Part shown: piece by piece, positions 18,861-27,120 of the stretch
Numbering within the stretch: the stretch's first letter is position 1
Layout: the number at the start of each line of letters is the position of its first letter
Origin: a virus
Lineage: Duplodnaviria > Caudoviricetes
Strand: one strand, 5' to 3'
IMG/VR virus record: IMGVR_UViG_3300028888_000119
Coordinates: 1-64,000 of that record
Length of the DNA stretch: 64,000 nt
Program-made: the position numbers and the translations under genes
Notes under the pieces: generated by a model
The model's input: the letters and a program-made list of their open reading frames with translations, nothing else
The model's database searches: none
Told to the model about the DNA's origin: nothing

Positions 18861-19045
18861 CTTGCGTCCACACCAAGATCATTCAAATAAGAAAGAATAT
18901 AAAAATACATACCAAGACCGCATGCTGGCTCTCGTACAACACGGACAATTCTGCCCTCCTCGTATAACGTGGCCAACGGAATTCCGCGCTCGTCCTTAAT
19001 TACGCACCCATTCAAATTCAGCAAGTCTATCGCGTCCCAGCTCAT
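18857..19045 (-). CDS. Hypothetical protein
   Basis: 62 aa with 4-nt overlaps on both sides. Confidence 0.6.
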   Translation of the reverse strand: MSWDAIDLLNLNGCVIKDERGIPLATLYEEGRIVRVVREPACGLGMYFYILSYLNDLGVDAR

Positions 19046-19770
19046 CTTTTATAAAGTTTTCCGTTTTCATCTAAAAGCCATTCACCCTTCTTAAAATTTG
19101 ACGGGTTTATGTCGGAGTCAATCATCGCGTCAAAGATTCGAATTCTATCTTTCATCACCGCAATGGACCCCTCGTAATCTTTTCTATCAAATGTAAACAC
19201 AATTCCCCTCCAAGTGGCAAGCGGAGAATCGGTATCCTCCATGATATCGTCATCTTGAAAAATGTACTTAATGAGCAAAATCTTCTCGACAAGCGGATTA
19301 GAAATAAACTGCCCAAGAAGCTGGTCGCCATGATCTTTAATAACAGCGAGACTTTTCTCTTCGTACGATGTGTAATCATCTCCAAAGAATTCTATTGCCG
19401 CGTTGCCGACGAGAGTCTTAAACTCAAGTACGGTTTTTTCATCCTTCGTAAACGCATCCGGAGAAGCCCCGAGCGGACAGTCCGGAGCAACCCAAAATGG
19501 AATTTCCGGCAAATCTTTGCTATACACGAGGTCATTTATTCCCAAATTCGCCTCGCTCCATTTCATTATCATCGGTTCTTGTTCGTTTCCGATGTCCATG
19601 GCATGCGCATATACCGGATGAGAGAATCCGTGCTTGCGCTCCCATCTTTTTGCCCGGATATAAGAAAGATTGCTGTCGATAATCTTTCCGGAAGCAGACG
19701 TGATCTGACCAAGTTCTGACGCGGTAATCATACCGAGCCGTTTTTTTAACCAAATGTTCTCTTTATTCAT
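19042..19770 (-). CDS. YqaJ / lambda-exonuclease family recombination nuclease
   Basis: WLKKRLGMITASEL...AMDIGNEQEP...GASPDA...LEFK; ATG 19770. Confidence 0.88.
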   Translation of the reverse strand: MNKENIWLKKRLGMITASELGQITSASGKIIDSNLSYIRAKRWERKHGFSHPVYAHAMDIGNEQEPMIMKWSEANLGINDLVYSKDLPEIPFWVAPDCPLGASPDAFTKDEKTVLEFKTLVGNAAIEFFGDDYTSYEEKSLAVIKDHGDQLLGQFISNPLVEKILLIKYIFQDDDIMEDTDSPLATWRGIVFTFDRKDYEGSIAVMKDRIRIFDAMIDSDINPSNFKKGEWLLDENGKLYKR

Positions 19771-19784
19771 AACCTTGTTCAATA

Positions 19785-20336
19785 CTATGCGGGAAGGTCG
19801 GACTGGTCAAGCGCAGAAACAATTGCGTTCTTAATTTTATCGGACCCAAAATCATACATTTTACCGATGTCGGAAATGGTCTTCCCGTTCTTTATGGCCC
19901 AATCAATCACGGATTGCACCTTGTCATCAGTAATGGTTTTCCTCGCCTTAATCTCTTGATCCGGTGCCGGGTCAAGTTTGCTAATCCGAAGACCCCAAGT
20001 CTCTCCTCCGTCTTGTACATCTCTGCACTTTTCTTTTGTCAGCCTAACAGCCACATTGCTCAGTCTGGCAAGATACCCGTCGCAGTCCGGGAATCGCTTA
20101 ACAAGTCTTTTCCGGTTCGTGCTGTTCAAAATAAAAGGCAAATTTGTGTACGGGTTCGGGGCAAAATGTGCAATCCATACGCCGTTCTCGGTCCGTCCGT
20201 TGATCATTTCGCTCTCCTTGTACTCAATACGAGCAATGATAATTCTCTCGATGTCTTTCCCCTCGGGAAGCATCTCAACCCCTGCATGGGTTAATTTCCC
20301 TCCAACTCTGTAGTGAATTGTTCTTTGGTCCTGCAT
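19785..20336 (-). CDS. Putative ssDNA-annealing / recombination partner of the exonuclease
   Basis: 183 aa immediately upstream of exonuclease; PFILNSTNRK motif; function inferred from synteny. Confidence 0.45.
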   Translation of the reverse strand: MQDQRTIHYRVGGKLTHAGVEMLPEGKDIERIIIARIEYKESEMINGRTENGVWIAHFAPNPYTNLPFILNSTNRKRLVKRFPDCDGYLARLSNVAVRLTKEKCRDVQDGGETWGLRISKLDPAPDQEIKARKTITDDKVQSVIDWAIKNGKTISDIGKMYDFGSDKIKNAIVSALDQSDLPA

Positions 20337-20358
20337 ATTATGATTTTTTTGCGTTTTA

Positions 20359-20799
20359 CTACAACTTCTGTGCCATCTTCTTTGTTAAACTTATCTTCCG
20401 CTTCGATTCCTCACTATGATGCTTATTATAGAAGGAATTCTTTTCTCCAAGTTTAACTTCTCTAAATTTTGCCCTTGTAATAGGATTATTTACATTATCT
20501 TTGTGTGAAACCCATCTTAAATTACTAGCCATATCGTTATCCCTCAACCCATCGATATGATCCACCTCAGGTAAATTATTAGGATTTGGCAGGAATGCAA
20601 TTGCCACCAGCCGGTAAACTTTCATGCATTTTCTTTTTCCTTCTCTATAAAGGCAAACATACCTGTAACCTTTTGAATTTTTTGCAGGTGAAAGATAACG
20701 ACCATAACAACGACGATATAATCCTTTCACTTTTCCAAAATTGCTGACTTGATAAAAACCCTCATACCCAGGGATATCCTTCCAAATTTCTTGCTCCAT
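20359..20799 (-). CDS. NUMOD4-HNH-NUMOD3 homing endonuclease
   Basis: EIWKDIPGYEGFYQVSNFGKV; YRLVAIAFLPNP...VDHIDG...NLRW; HHSEESKRKIS; AT-richer than neighbours. Confidence 0.9.
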   Translation of the reverse strand: MEQEIWKDIPGYEGFYQVSNFGKVKGLYRRCYGRYLSPAKNSKGYRYVCLYREGKRKCMKVYRLVAIAFLPNPNNLPEVDHIDGLRDNDMASNLRWVSHKDNVNNPITRAKFREVKLGEKNSFYNKHHSEESKRKISLTKKMAQKL

Positions 20800-20805
20800 A
20801 CTCTT

Positions 20806-20931
20806 AAAAAAGTGCCCGAACTTTCAGTGAATGGTACGAGCAAACACCTACTTATCCGGGCATCCTATATTTCTTCCGCTATCTCGTACATAGCAAGAGC
20901 AAAGATAGCAAATTATTCCGGCAAATACAAG
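20806..20931 (-). promoter_or_regulatory. Promoter and structured leader of HNH gene
   Basis: TATCTTTG (20907-20900), CTTG 20 nt upstream; leader helices GTACGAG/CTCGTAC and TGCCCGGA/TTCGGGCA, then T run. Confidence 0.5.
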
Positions 20932-20972
20932 TCTTCGAAACTAAGCATGTTGAATCTTCTGTTCGTATTCCA

Positions 20973-21446
20973 TCACTGTCTTTTATTAAGATCCTTAACG
21001 GCTTTTTTAATTTTTTTATCGGAAGCCTTACGAATCTTCTTTTGTTCACGCGGGGAAGCCTCTACATACTTCTGTATTTGCTTAACCTCTTCCATCGCCA
21101 CGTCCTCGCTTTCTTCCTCTCCATTATCTTCCAAACGGATACGTTTCTCGTAGTTCTTGATTGCCTTATCGATGTCGTTAACGAACTTCTGGTCGGTAGT
21201 AAGCAACGAACCGATCATATACATCCGCTCAGCGAATCCCTGGGTTTGGTCATCTTGTCCAGCACATAGATATCCATACGGGTGTTCACCAGCGATAAAC
21301 CTGGCTTTGAAATTTCCGCTCAGTGTGGATATATCCAGCCAAAAACGTCTGAAAGACCACTTGAAACCGCCGGCCTCTCCGGTGCGGAGCACCGGATTAT
21401 TGATGGAAAAAAGCCACCATTTTTGAATTTTTTTAAAAATATTCAT
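20973..21446 (-). CDS. Hypothetical protein
   Basis: 157 aa in operon. Confidence 0.7.
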   Translation of the reverse strand: MNIFKKIQKWWLFSINNPVLRTGEAGGFKWSFRRFWLDISTLSGNFKARFIAGEHPYGYLCAGQDDQTQGFAERMYMIGSLLTTDQKFVNDIDKAIKNYEKRIRLEDNGEEESEDVAMEEVKQIQKYVEASPREQKKIRKASDKKIKKAVKDLNKRQ

Positions 21447-21460
21447 AACCTTTTTAAAAT

Positions 21461-21808
21461 TTATTTTTTTCGTGTAACATATATGTCATCTAAGACACGA
21501 TGGACCTCAAAGACGGAGCCAAAATCGTGCTTGATCTTACTTGCAGCACTTCTGGCACTTTGCCAAGAACGAAGTGGAACGACAACATAATCGCCGACTT
21601 CCAGCATCCTCAGTGCTGGATAAACACGTCCGTTTCTCCGCTTGGCGGTCGGAATCTTGCAAGATGGGCAGAAATGCTGTCCCACAACGCTTGCCCAGCC
21701 ACGCCGGACAGCAGCGATACTGGCCTCTTCTGGCGTCTCAAAAGCGACACCCGCAGATTTGCCACAAATGTCGCAAATCGCATCAAATCTTTCAACTGTT
21801 TTAATCAT
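21461..21808 (-). CDS. Zn-ribbon hypothetical protein
   Basis: CDICG...HFCPSC plus small C-terminal domain. Confidence 0.7.
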   Translation of the reverse strand: MIKTVERFDAICDICGKSAGVAFETPEEASIAAVRRGWASVVGQHFCPSCKIPTAKRRNGRVYPALRMLEVGDYVVVPLRSWQSARSAASKIKHDFGSVFEVHRVLDDIYVTRKK

Positions 21809-22737
21809 ATAACTCCCGTTTTTTTGTATACAATCATGTCACCGATATCTGCATGGCTTGGAATCTGGTCCAGCGCACACCCCCATTTGTCCCACCATGG
21901 CCATACCTCTCCTTTTTCTTCCCATTCCGCCCTCGCGTCCATGTCTGGAACAAGCATCATATTGGGCTCTATTTCACGCAAATTTGACTTTCCTCCGGTC
22001 GCTAAGAATCTTCTTCCGCCATAGTACAATGATGCCAAAATTGCGGTCTTTTCCGACTCTACAATAAAAGCCTTCTTACCGTCATCAGGAATGCATGCTC
22101 CAAAATAGCACTTGCCGCAGAATCCATCTCCAACACGGAACTGACGCCCCGGGAAAAACGCCTTGTCTCTATGGCCGTCATCCTTATATGCGATCCTCTT
22201 GTCAAACAAAATTCGACCGTCTTGGTCCACATACCAATATACCGCATTCCCATGAGAATCTGTAGTTACATTATAACGATTCCAGACATCCCGGACATCT
22301 TCCTCTTTGAATATCTTGCACATCCAGCGGAACAGCGGGCAGCTTTCAAGAGGATATTCCCTTGCACCATCTAATACATCACTGCCAACATACCGAATAC
22401 CAGGTGATGATTTTTCTCGCAATGATCTGGTCCACTGAATGGCTTGGCTTTCTCCATTAATCATCTTCAATGCCTCGTGATAGTCAGCCGCACCGCCAAA
22501 CTCAATCAGCCACTGAGGAAGTGAAATACACCTTCCGCCCTCCTCGTTAACCCATACGGAACCACGGCTGATAAACACCTTCAGTTTGTCTTTCCGGAAA
22601 GCATGTCGGTCTCCATTCAAGTAATATCCGCCCTGGAATCCCCTACCATGCTCTTTCAAATCCATACACATCAACTTCGGTGCATTCCTTAACGCGACCA
22701 GTGGGTCATAAGAAAATCTGAATCCGTCTTTTCCCAT
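21805..22737 (-). CDS. Toprim/primase-like protein (DUF6371-like)
   Basis: VYWYVDQDG...KRIAY...CYFG...IVESEKTA...LATGG...VPDMD; start refined to MGKDGF (22737). Confidence 0.7.
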   Translation of the reverse strand: MGKDGFRFSYDPLVALRNAPKLMCMDLKEHGRGFQGGYYLNGDRHAFRKDKLKVFISRGSVWVNEEGGRCISLPQWLIEFGGAADYHEALKMINGESQAIQWTRSLREKSSPGIRYVGSDVLDGAREYPLESCPLFRWMCKIFKEEDVRDVWNRYNVTTDSHGNAVYWYVDQDGRILFDKRIAYKDDGHRDKAFFPGRQFRVGDGFCGKCYFGACIPDDGKKAFIVESEKTAILASLYYGGRRFLATGGKSNLREIEPNMMLVPDMDARAEWEEKGEVWPWWDKWGCALDQIPSHADIGDMIVYKKTGVI

Positions 22738-22738
22738 A

Positions 22739-24274
22739 TTAGAAAGGTAAATTAGAATCATCATTCGCAAGACCAAACGCACTCCGGTCTTCAACTGGCA
22801 GATCATCGTCGGCGCTCTCTTCCGGCTCCTGCTTTATACCTATGCAATACCATGTACCACTGCCGCGACGGCTACGCTCGAACCCGAGGTCATCAAATAT
22901 CTTTGCGACAGACTTTGCCGTCTTCGGGGCTTCACCGTAATCCTTGCAGTACTGCTGGTAAATCTGCATCCACTCCTTCAAAGACTTCCATCTTGGGTCT
23001 TTCATGCTGAAAGGCGTTACCGCGACATAGCCATACTCGCGAATCCACCTGCGGGCGGAATTAGAGTCAGCCTTCATGTCTGCCTTTAACTCCAAAACCG
23101 CATCGGACATGTCAATTTTGCAATCATTGGCGATTAATTCTTTATACCCTTCCAGCATCCAGTTGAATATGGCGGATCTTACCTTATTCTCCCTTAACTT
23201 CGCCTCCAGCTGTGGGTCTCTGTTCTCTTCAGACACCTTGTTCGGGCAGTTGATAATAAGAAATCGCCTGAAATATCCATCTGAATCATCCGTTGTCGGT
23301 GGAATCTTATTCGCACAGCACAACATGATCGGGACTTTCGTCACATAAGTCATCTCGCGACTGTATGGGCTCCTGCCGGTAAACTCTCCGCCGGACACGA
23401 AAGCCTTGAAATCACCACCGGAAAAATCCTTGTCGGAGACATCGTCGCAATAATTCATTATTTTCCCATTAACCTCCGCCATGTGATAATCCATTTGGTT
23501 GCTCTTGAACAATTGCTCCGGAGTAAATGTCGTCACACATTTTGTAACCTGCCTCCCATCCTCATCCTCGTTCTTAAAAACATTCACTAGAGCCTTGGCA
23601 ATAATACTCTTACCATTCTGCCCCTCACCGACCAAGAAACATATATACTCAAACTTGTGCTCCGACCGGTCTATAAGAAATGCGCCACAAAACTGCTGGT
23701 ATGCCTTCCTCATGCCGGGGTCCGGAACCGTCGTAGTAATAACCTTGTCCCACAATCCACTCTTTGCGTCTATGTCGTAACTGAAATTGAAGATAATGTC
23801 GGTGCAATACTTGAAATCATGCGGATATATCCTCAGTGTCTTCATGTCCAAAACGCAGTTCTCAAAGCAAACATAACGCCTATCCGGATTGAACTGGTGC
23901 CTCCCGTCTTCAACCAATGACGCAATGCAATACTTGGCAATCCGCTCAGCAGAATCCATCCGGTACACAATACCGACCTCTGTCCTGCGCATGACTTCAC
24001 GGATGATGCCCGTAAATACGACATCGTTCATCATCTCGAAATACTTACCATTGAATACGTGGAGCATTCCCATTGAGTCAACGCGGAAGTAATCGTTGCC
24101 AGAATCTCCGACAATTCCACATATATATCTGCGGAATGACTCGGCAATCCCGGCCTCGGTCCTCTTGTTTACCCGCTCATCATCTTGACCGGAACCTCCT
24201 ATCGATGCTCCTGCCGTATGACATAAATAGTCTATTATGTACTCGTATTTCACTGAAAACTTGCGGTTTTTCAA
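22739..24274 (-). CDS. D5-like / P4-family SF3 primase-associated helicase
   Basis: CFENCVLD, Walker A GEGQNGKS, Walker B YCDD, motif C CANKIP, GYFRRFLII; TTG start. Confidence 0.9.
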   Translation of the reverse strand: MKNRKFSVKYEYIIDYLCHTAGASIGGSGQDDERVNKRTEAGIAESFRRYICGIVGDSGNDYFRVDSMGMLHVFNGKYFEMMNDVVFTGIIREVMRRTEVGIVYRMDSAERIAKYCIASLVEDGRHQFNPDRRYVCFENCVLDMKTLRIYPHDFKYCTDIIFNFSYDIDAKSGLWDKVITTTVPDPGMRKAYQQFCGAFLIDRSEHKFEYICFLVGEGQNGKSIIAKALVNVFKNEDEDGRQVTKCVTTFTPEQLFKSNQMDYHMAEVNGKIMNYCDDVSDKDFSGGDFKAFVSGGEFTGRSPYSREMTYVTKVPIMLCCANKIPPTTDDSDGYFRRFLIINCPNKVSEENRDPQLEAKLRENKVRSAIFNWMLEGYKELIANDCKIDMSDAVLELKADMKADSNSARRWIREYGYVAVTPFSMKDPRWKSLKEWMQIYQQYCKDYGEAPKTAKSVAKIFDDLGFERSRRGSGTWYCIGIKQEPEESADDDLPVEDRSAFGLANDDSNLPF

Positions 24275-24408
24275 TAAAAAGCAAGAACAGACAGGGCCTC
24301 TTCGGAAAGAGGTGGGTACTCCCTATCTGCTCTTGCTGAATCTCTCTGTCGTGCGCCGTACCCCTAAGCGCGGATTGCAAAGATGCAAAAATTATTCCAT
24401 ATATCAAA
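24271..24408 (-). promoter_or_regulatory. Promoter and attenuator-like leader of SF3 helicase
   Basis: CATCTTTG (24385-24378) with TTTG 19 nt upstream; 17-bp stem 24337-24321/24296-24280 followed by T run and TTG start. Confidence 0.55.
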
Positions 24409-25129
24409 AAAGTTTCAACTCGCTCCCGACCTGTTCCTTACCAAGAATGAAATCACATATGAAATTCCTTGCATAATCCGGACTGATCATACTCCGCTCC
24501 TCATTGCACAAACCCGGCATGTGATTCGGCTCGATCTGGCAGATATTCTTCCCGGCCTTGCGCGGTTGCATAGTATTCCCGTGCGTAGGCTCGCAGTTCA
24601 CGAACCAGTATGCAGTCGGCTTCACATAATAATCCCCTCTCAACAGCCGGTTCTTGTCAATCACCGACGGATTCGTGATGAAGTTCTGCTTCAAGAATGT
24701 CTGCTCACTCCACGGATTCTCCATGATCATCCGCAAACCCCTATCATAACACACCGAATGCATCTTCACAGCAAGCGCGAAGAACCGCTCTCGCTTCGCA
24801 GACCGCTCTAAAATTGCTTCCGTTTTCTCCCGAACACCCAAATTCCTGTAATTCCTGTGCGTCCAGCTGATAAGCATCTGGCTCATGCACGAAAAGTATA
24901 TGCACGGAAAGAATGCCAGAACCAAATCATCCTTTTTGACACGGTCCCATACGCTCGATTCGCCATCATACGCCTTCTCTATCTCGGAAAACAAATCAAT
25001 TTGGAAGTCCGTCTCGCCGAAATTGTCTTGAATATCATAGTCAAAAGCAGGAATTCCCAACTTTAGAAACTCGCGCTTGAACGTCCCTGACTGCTCAAAA
25101 AAGCAGTGAACACTTCCATTGATCTCCAT
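24404..25129 (-). CDS. Small C5-cytosine methyltransferase-like protein
   Basis: Motif I variant CFFEQSGTF, catalytic FFPC, motif VI MENP; only 241 aa. Confidence 0.65.
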   Translation of the reverse strand: MEINGSVHCFFEQSGTFKREFLKLGIPAFDYDIQDNFGETDFQIDLFSEIEKAYDGESSVWDRVKKDDLVLAFFPCIYFSCMSQMLISWTHRNYRNLGVREKTEAILERSAKRERFFALAVKMHSVCYDRGLRMIMENPWSEQTFLKQNFITNPSVIDKNRLLRGDYYVKPTAYWFVNCEPTHGNTMQPRKAGKNICQIEPNHMPGLCNEERSMISPDYARNFICDFILGKEQVGSELKLF

Positions 25130-25130
25130 T

Positions 25131-25439
25131 CTATTTCAATGTATCAAAATCGCAGTATCTGAGCGCAATCAAGCGCAGCTCATCTCCCATCTTCCGTGCA
25201 TTCTCCAGCATCTGTTCCCGTGTCAGCCCGAGCCTGGACCAATAAACAAACGAACGGTCCAAAAGAACATCGCAGAAGATGGTCATTGCATCCTTTATCA
25301 CACAATCATCATAACACGGCAGATCACCAGGAAACGATTCCATCCGTTCCAAAATAGCATCGGAAATCTCGGATAAAACCGGCCCCATCTTATCGCCGAA
25401 TGTCGGCTCGCCTATAATATCTCTAAGTTTTTTTTCCAT
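25131..25439 (-). CDS. Hypothetical protein
   Basis: Start refined to MEKKLRD (25439), right after tRNA-like RNA 2. Confidence 0.65.
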   Translation of the reverse strand: MEKKLRDIIGEPTFGDKMGPVLSEISDAILERMESFPGDLPCYDDCVIKDAMTIFCDVLLDRSFVYWSRLGLTREQMLENARKMGDELRLIALRYCDFDTLK

Positions 25440-25440
25440 G

Positions 25441-25545
25441 TGGCTGGGAAGGGATTCGAACCCCTGTCTACCGCAGAGCGCTAACACGAAATAAACACTA
25501 AACTCAAAAAATCCCGGTCGCTGCTACCAATTGCACCACCCAGCC
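25441..25545 (-). ncRNA. tRNA-like RNA 2 with U-rich anticodon insertion
   Basis: Acceptor GGCTGGG/CCCAGCC-A, D loop AATTGGTA, T loop TTCGAAT in AGGGG/CCCTT; lower anticodon stem ACCG/CGGT encloses about 40 nt. Confidence 0.7.
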
Positions 25546-25618
25546 ATGTGTGCCGGGTTTCCCCGGCAAAAGCATGATATGTGTAAAAGATTATAATTAC
25601 GGCGCATCACTGCGACGT

Positions 25619-25707
25619 TGGTGGAGAGGGGCGGAGTCGAACCGCCTAATGAGTTTTGGGAATGGACAAAACCCTGCTCCCTATCCGATTAGAAGCCTAT
25701 CCTCTCC
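25619..25707 (-). ncRNA. tRNA-like RNA 3 with encoded CCA and atypical D/anticodon arms
   Basis: Acceptor GGAGAGG/CCTCTCC-A-CCA, T arm GGCGG-TTCGACT-CCGCC; 8-bp stem GGGTTTTG/CAAAACTC with 8-nt loop TCCATTCC. Confidence 0.7.
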
Positions 25708-25717
25708 AGCAATCCGG

Positions 25718-25993
25718 TCAACTGAAAAACTTCCGGTAATACTTCCGGCACTCTTCCTCGCTTCCGAACAGCACATCCGCATCCACGATCCCTTGATGCG
25801 AACACAGCTGGCACTGTTCCTTAACGATCATCTGACCGGCGTCCAGCTTCTCGCGGATACTCTTGCCGCTGTCCTGCTTCACGCCATCAAGCGCGACCGG
25901 AACATACAGCACGCCATACACATCGTCCTCCTCGACCTTGCAAGAAAGACTGTTGAAGAGATAAACTCTCTGTCCTACTGAAAATTTGCTCAT
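25718..25993 (-). CDS. Hypothetical protein
   Basis: Start refined to MSKFSVGQRVY (25993). Confidence 0.7.
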   Translation of the reverse strand: MSKFSVGQRVYLFNSLSCKVEEDDVYGVLYVPVALDGVKQDSGKSIREKLDAGQMIVKEQCQLCSHQGIVDADVLFGSEEECRKYYRKFFS

Positions 25994-25995
25994 GA

Positions 25996-26532
25996 CTATT
26001 CTAAAGTTATTAACTCCTTCGCAAAAGGAAGCGATTCGATCCACATGCAAAACTGATGCCACTCCTGCAAACGGTGACACTTCCTTTGGAAATAAATATT
26101 CCTCAAGCACTGATACGAAAAGCAATCAACCTTTGCCAGCTCCTTGCCCATTGGCATCTCCGCCTTGGCCCGCTGCAGCTCTTCACCGCTCAGTCCCTTG
26201 CAGTCGATATGCATCGTAGACGCACTCATCAGACGCTCGTGACCGGCACGGTAGGTCTCCTCCTCACACCACCAGTAGATCGGGGCCTCGATCCGAGCCC
26301 ACACAACCACTCCCCTCAACACCTTCGCATGCTCGTCACCGGCCCTTACAAGCCTTTGAAGCAACTCCATGTCCCTGCCGTCCAGCTTTGCCGTCCACTC
26401 AGCCTCCAGCGTTCCGTCATCGTGCATTCCGGCAGAACACCACAGCTCGCTCCTCTCATCCTTGCCATATGACAACCTGAGCGCCTTCAAGGCGCTTACG
26501 AAACCGGCAACCTCCAAGGTCTCTATCTTCAT
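25996..26532 (-). CDS. Divergent ThyX-like (flavin-dependent thymidylate synthase fold) protein
   Basis: HAKVLRGVVVWARIEAPIYWW...YR...SASTMH...YQCLRNIYFQRKCHRLQEW; next to dUTPase. Confidence 0.6.
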   Translation of the reverse strand: MKIETLEVAGFVSALKALRLSYGKDERSELWCSAGMHDDGTLEAEWTAKLDGRDMELLQRLVRAGDEHAKVLRGVVVWARIEAPIYWWCEEETYRAGHERLMSASTMHIDCKGLSGEELQRAKAEMPMGKELAKVDCFSYQCLRNIYFQRKCHRLQEWHQFCMWIESLPFAKELITLE

Positions 26533-26972
26533 TCCCCAGTGCTCCCATATCCGCCGGAACCACGGTCCGTCGCATCCAACTCATCAACCTCAACGAACTC
26601 CATCGGAACAGTGCTACCCAACTTGATCTGGCCGATCCGGTCACCGACCTTGTACCTGGGCATATCCGGCATCACGTGATAGAACACCGCAGAAATCTCG
26701 CCGGTGTACCCCTCGTCAACCGTACCAACGCAGTTCGACAGCACCATCCCGGTCTTCCAGACACTGCTCCTGGGACGAAAGTCAATCCCGTACAAAGTGG
26801 TGCCGTCCCAGTACTTGCGGTCAATCTGCAGCGCGAATCCAAGTCCGTACTTCCATACATTCGGAGCAATCTGCTCTTGGCTCACCGCGTACACATCATA
26901 GCAGAAATCCCTGCCGTGAGACTTCCGGGGAATCTGCGCCCCCGGATCCAGTTTCTTAATCTTCACTAACAT
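26529..26972 (-). CDS. dut: Trimeric dUTPase
   Basis: CYDV, RPRSS, GTVDEGYTGEI, GDRIGQ, RGSGGYGSTG motifs. Confidence 0.95.
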   Translation of the reverse strand: MLVKIKKLDPGAQIPRKSHGRDFCYDVYAVSQEQIAPNVWKYGLGFALQIDRKYWDGTTLYGIDFRPRSSVWKTGMVLSNCVGTVDEGYTGEISAVFYHVMPDMPRYKVGDRIGQIKLGSTVPMEFVEVDELDATDRGSGGYGSTGE

Positions 26973-27120
26973 ATTTCTCGAAATTTACTTCCTTGCTTGC
27001 CAAACCGATTCCCTTCCGCCGCTCGATCTCGGTCCGAATGGCCACCAGTTCGTCAGTCTTCCGCCTCGCCAGAACCTCAAGGTCCGCAAGGCTCATTACT
27101 TTCCATTCGCCATTATTCAT
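26956..27120 (-). CDS. Small hypothetical protein
   Basis: Manual translation MNNGEWKVMSLADLEVLARR..., 54 aa, TAATG-coupled. Confidence 0.5.
   Translation of the reverse strand: MNNGEWKVMSLADLEVLARRKTDELVAIRTEIERRKGIGLASKEVNFEKYVSED

Noticed and set aside
20749-21153. 134-aa ORF on the track
   Set aside because: Overlaps real genes and the HNH promoter/leader; not protein-like.
25545-25620. Theta (HDV-like) ribozyme at a tRNA 3' end
   Set aside because: Spacer holds only a GNRA hairpin; no P1/P2/P3 nested pseudoknot or L3 consensus.
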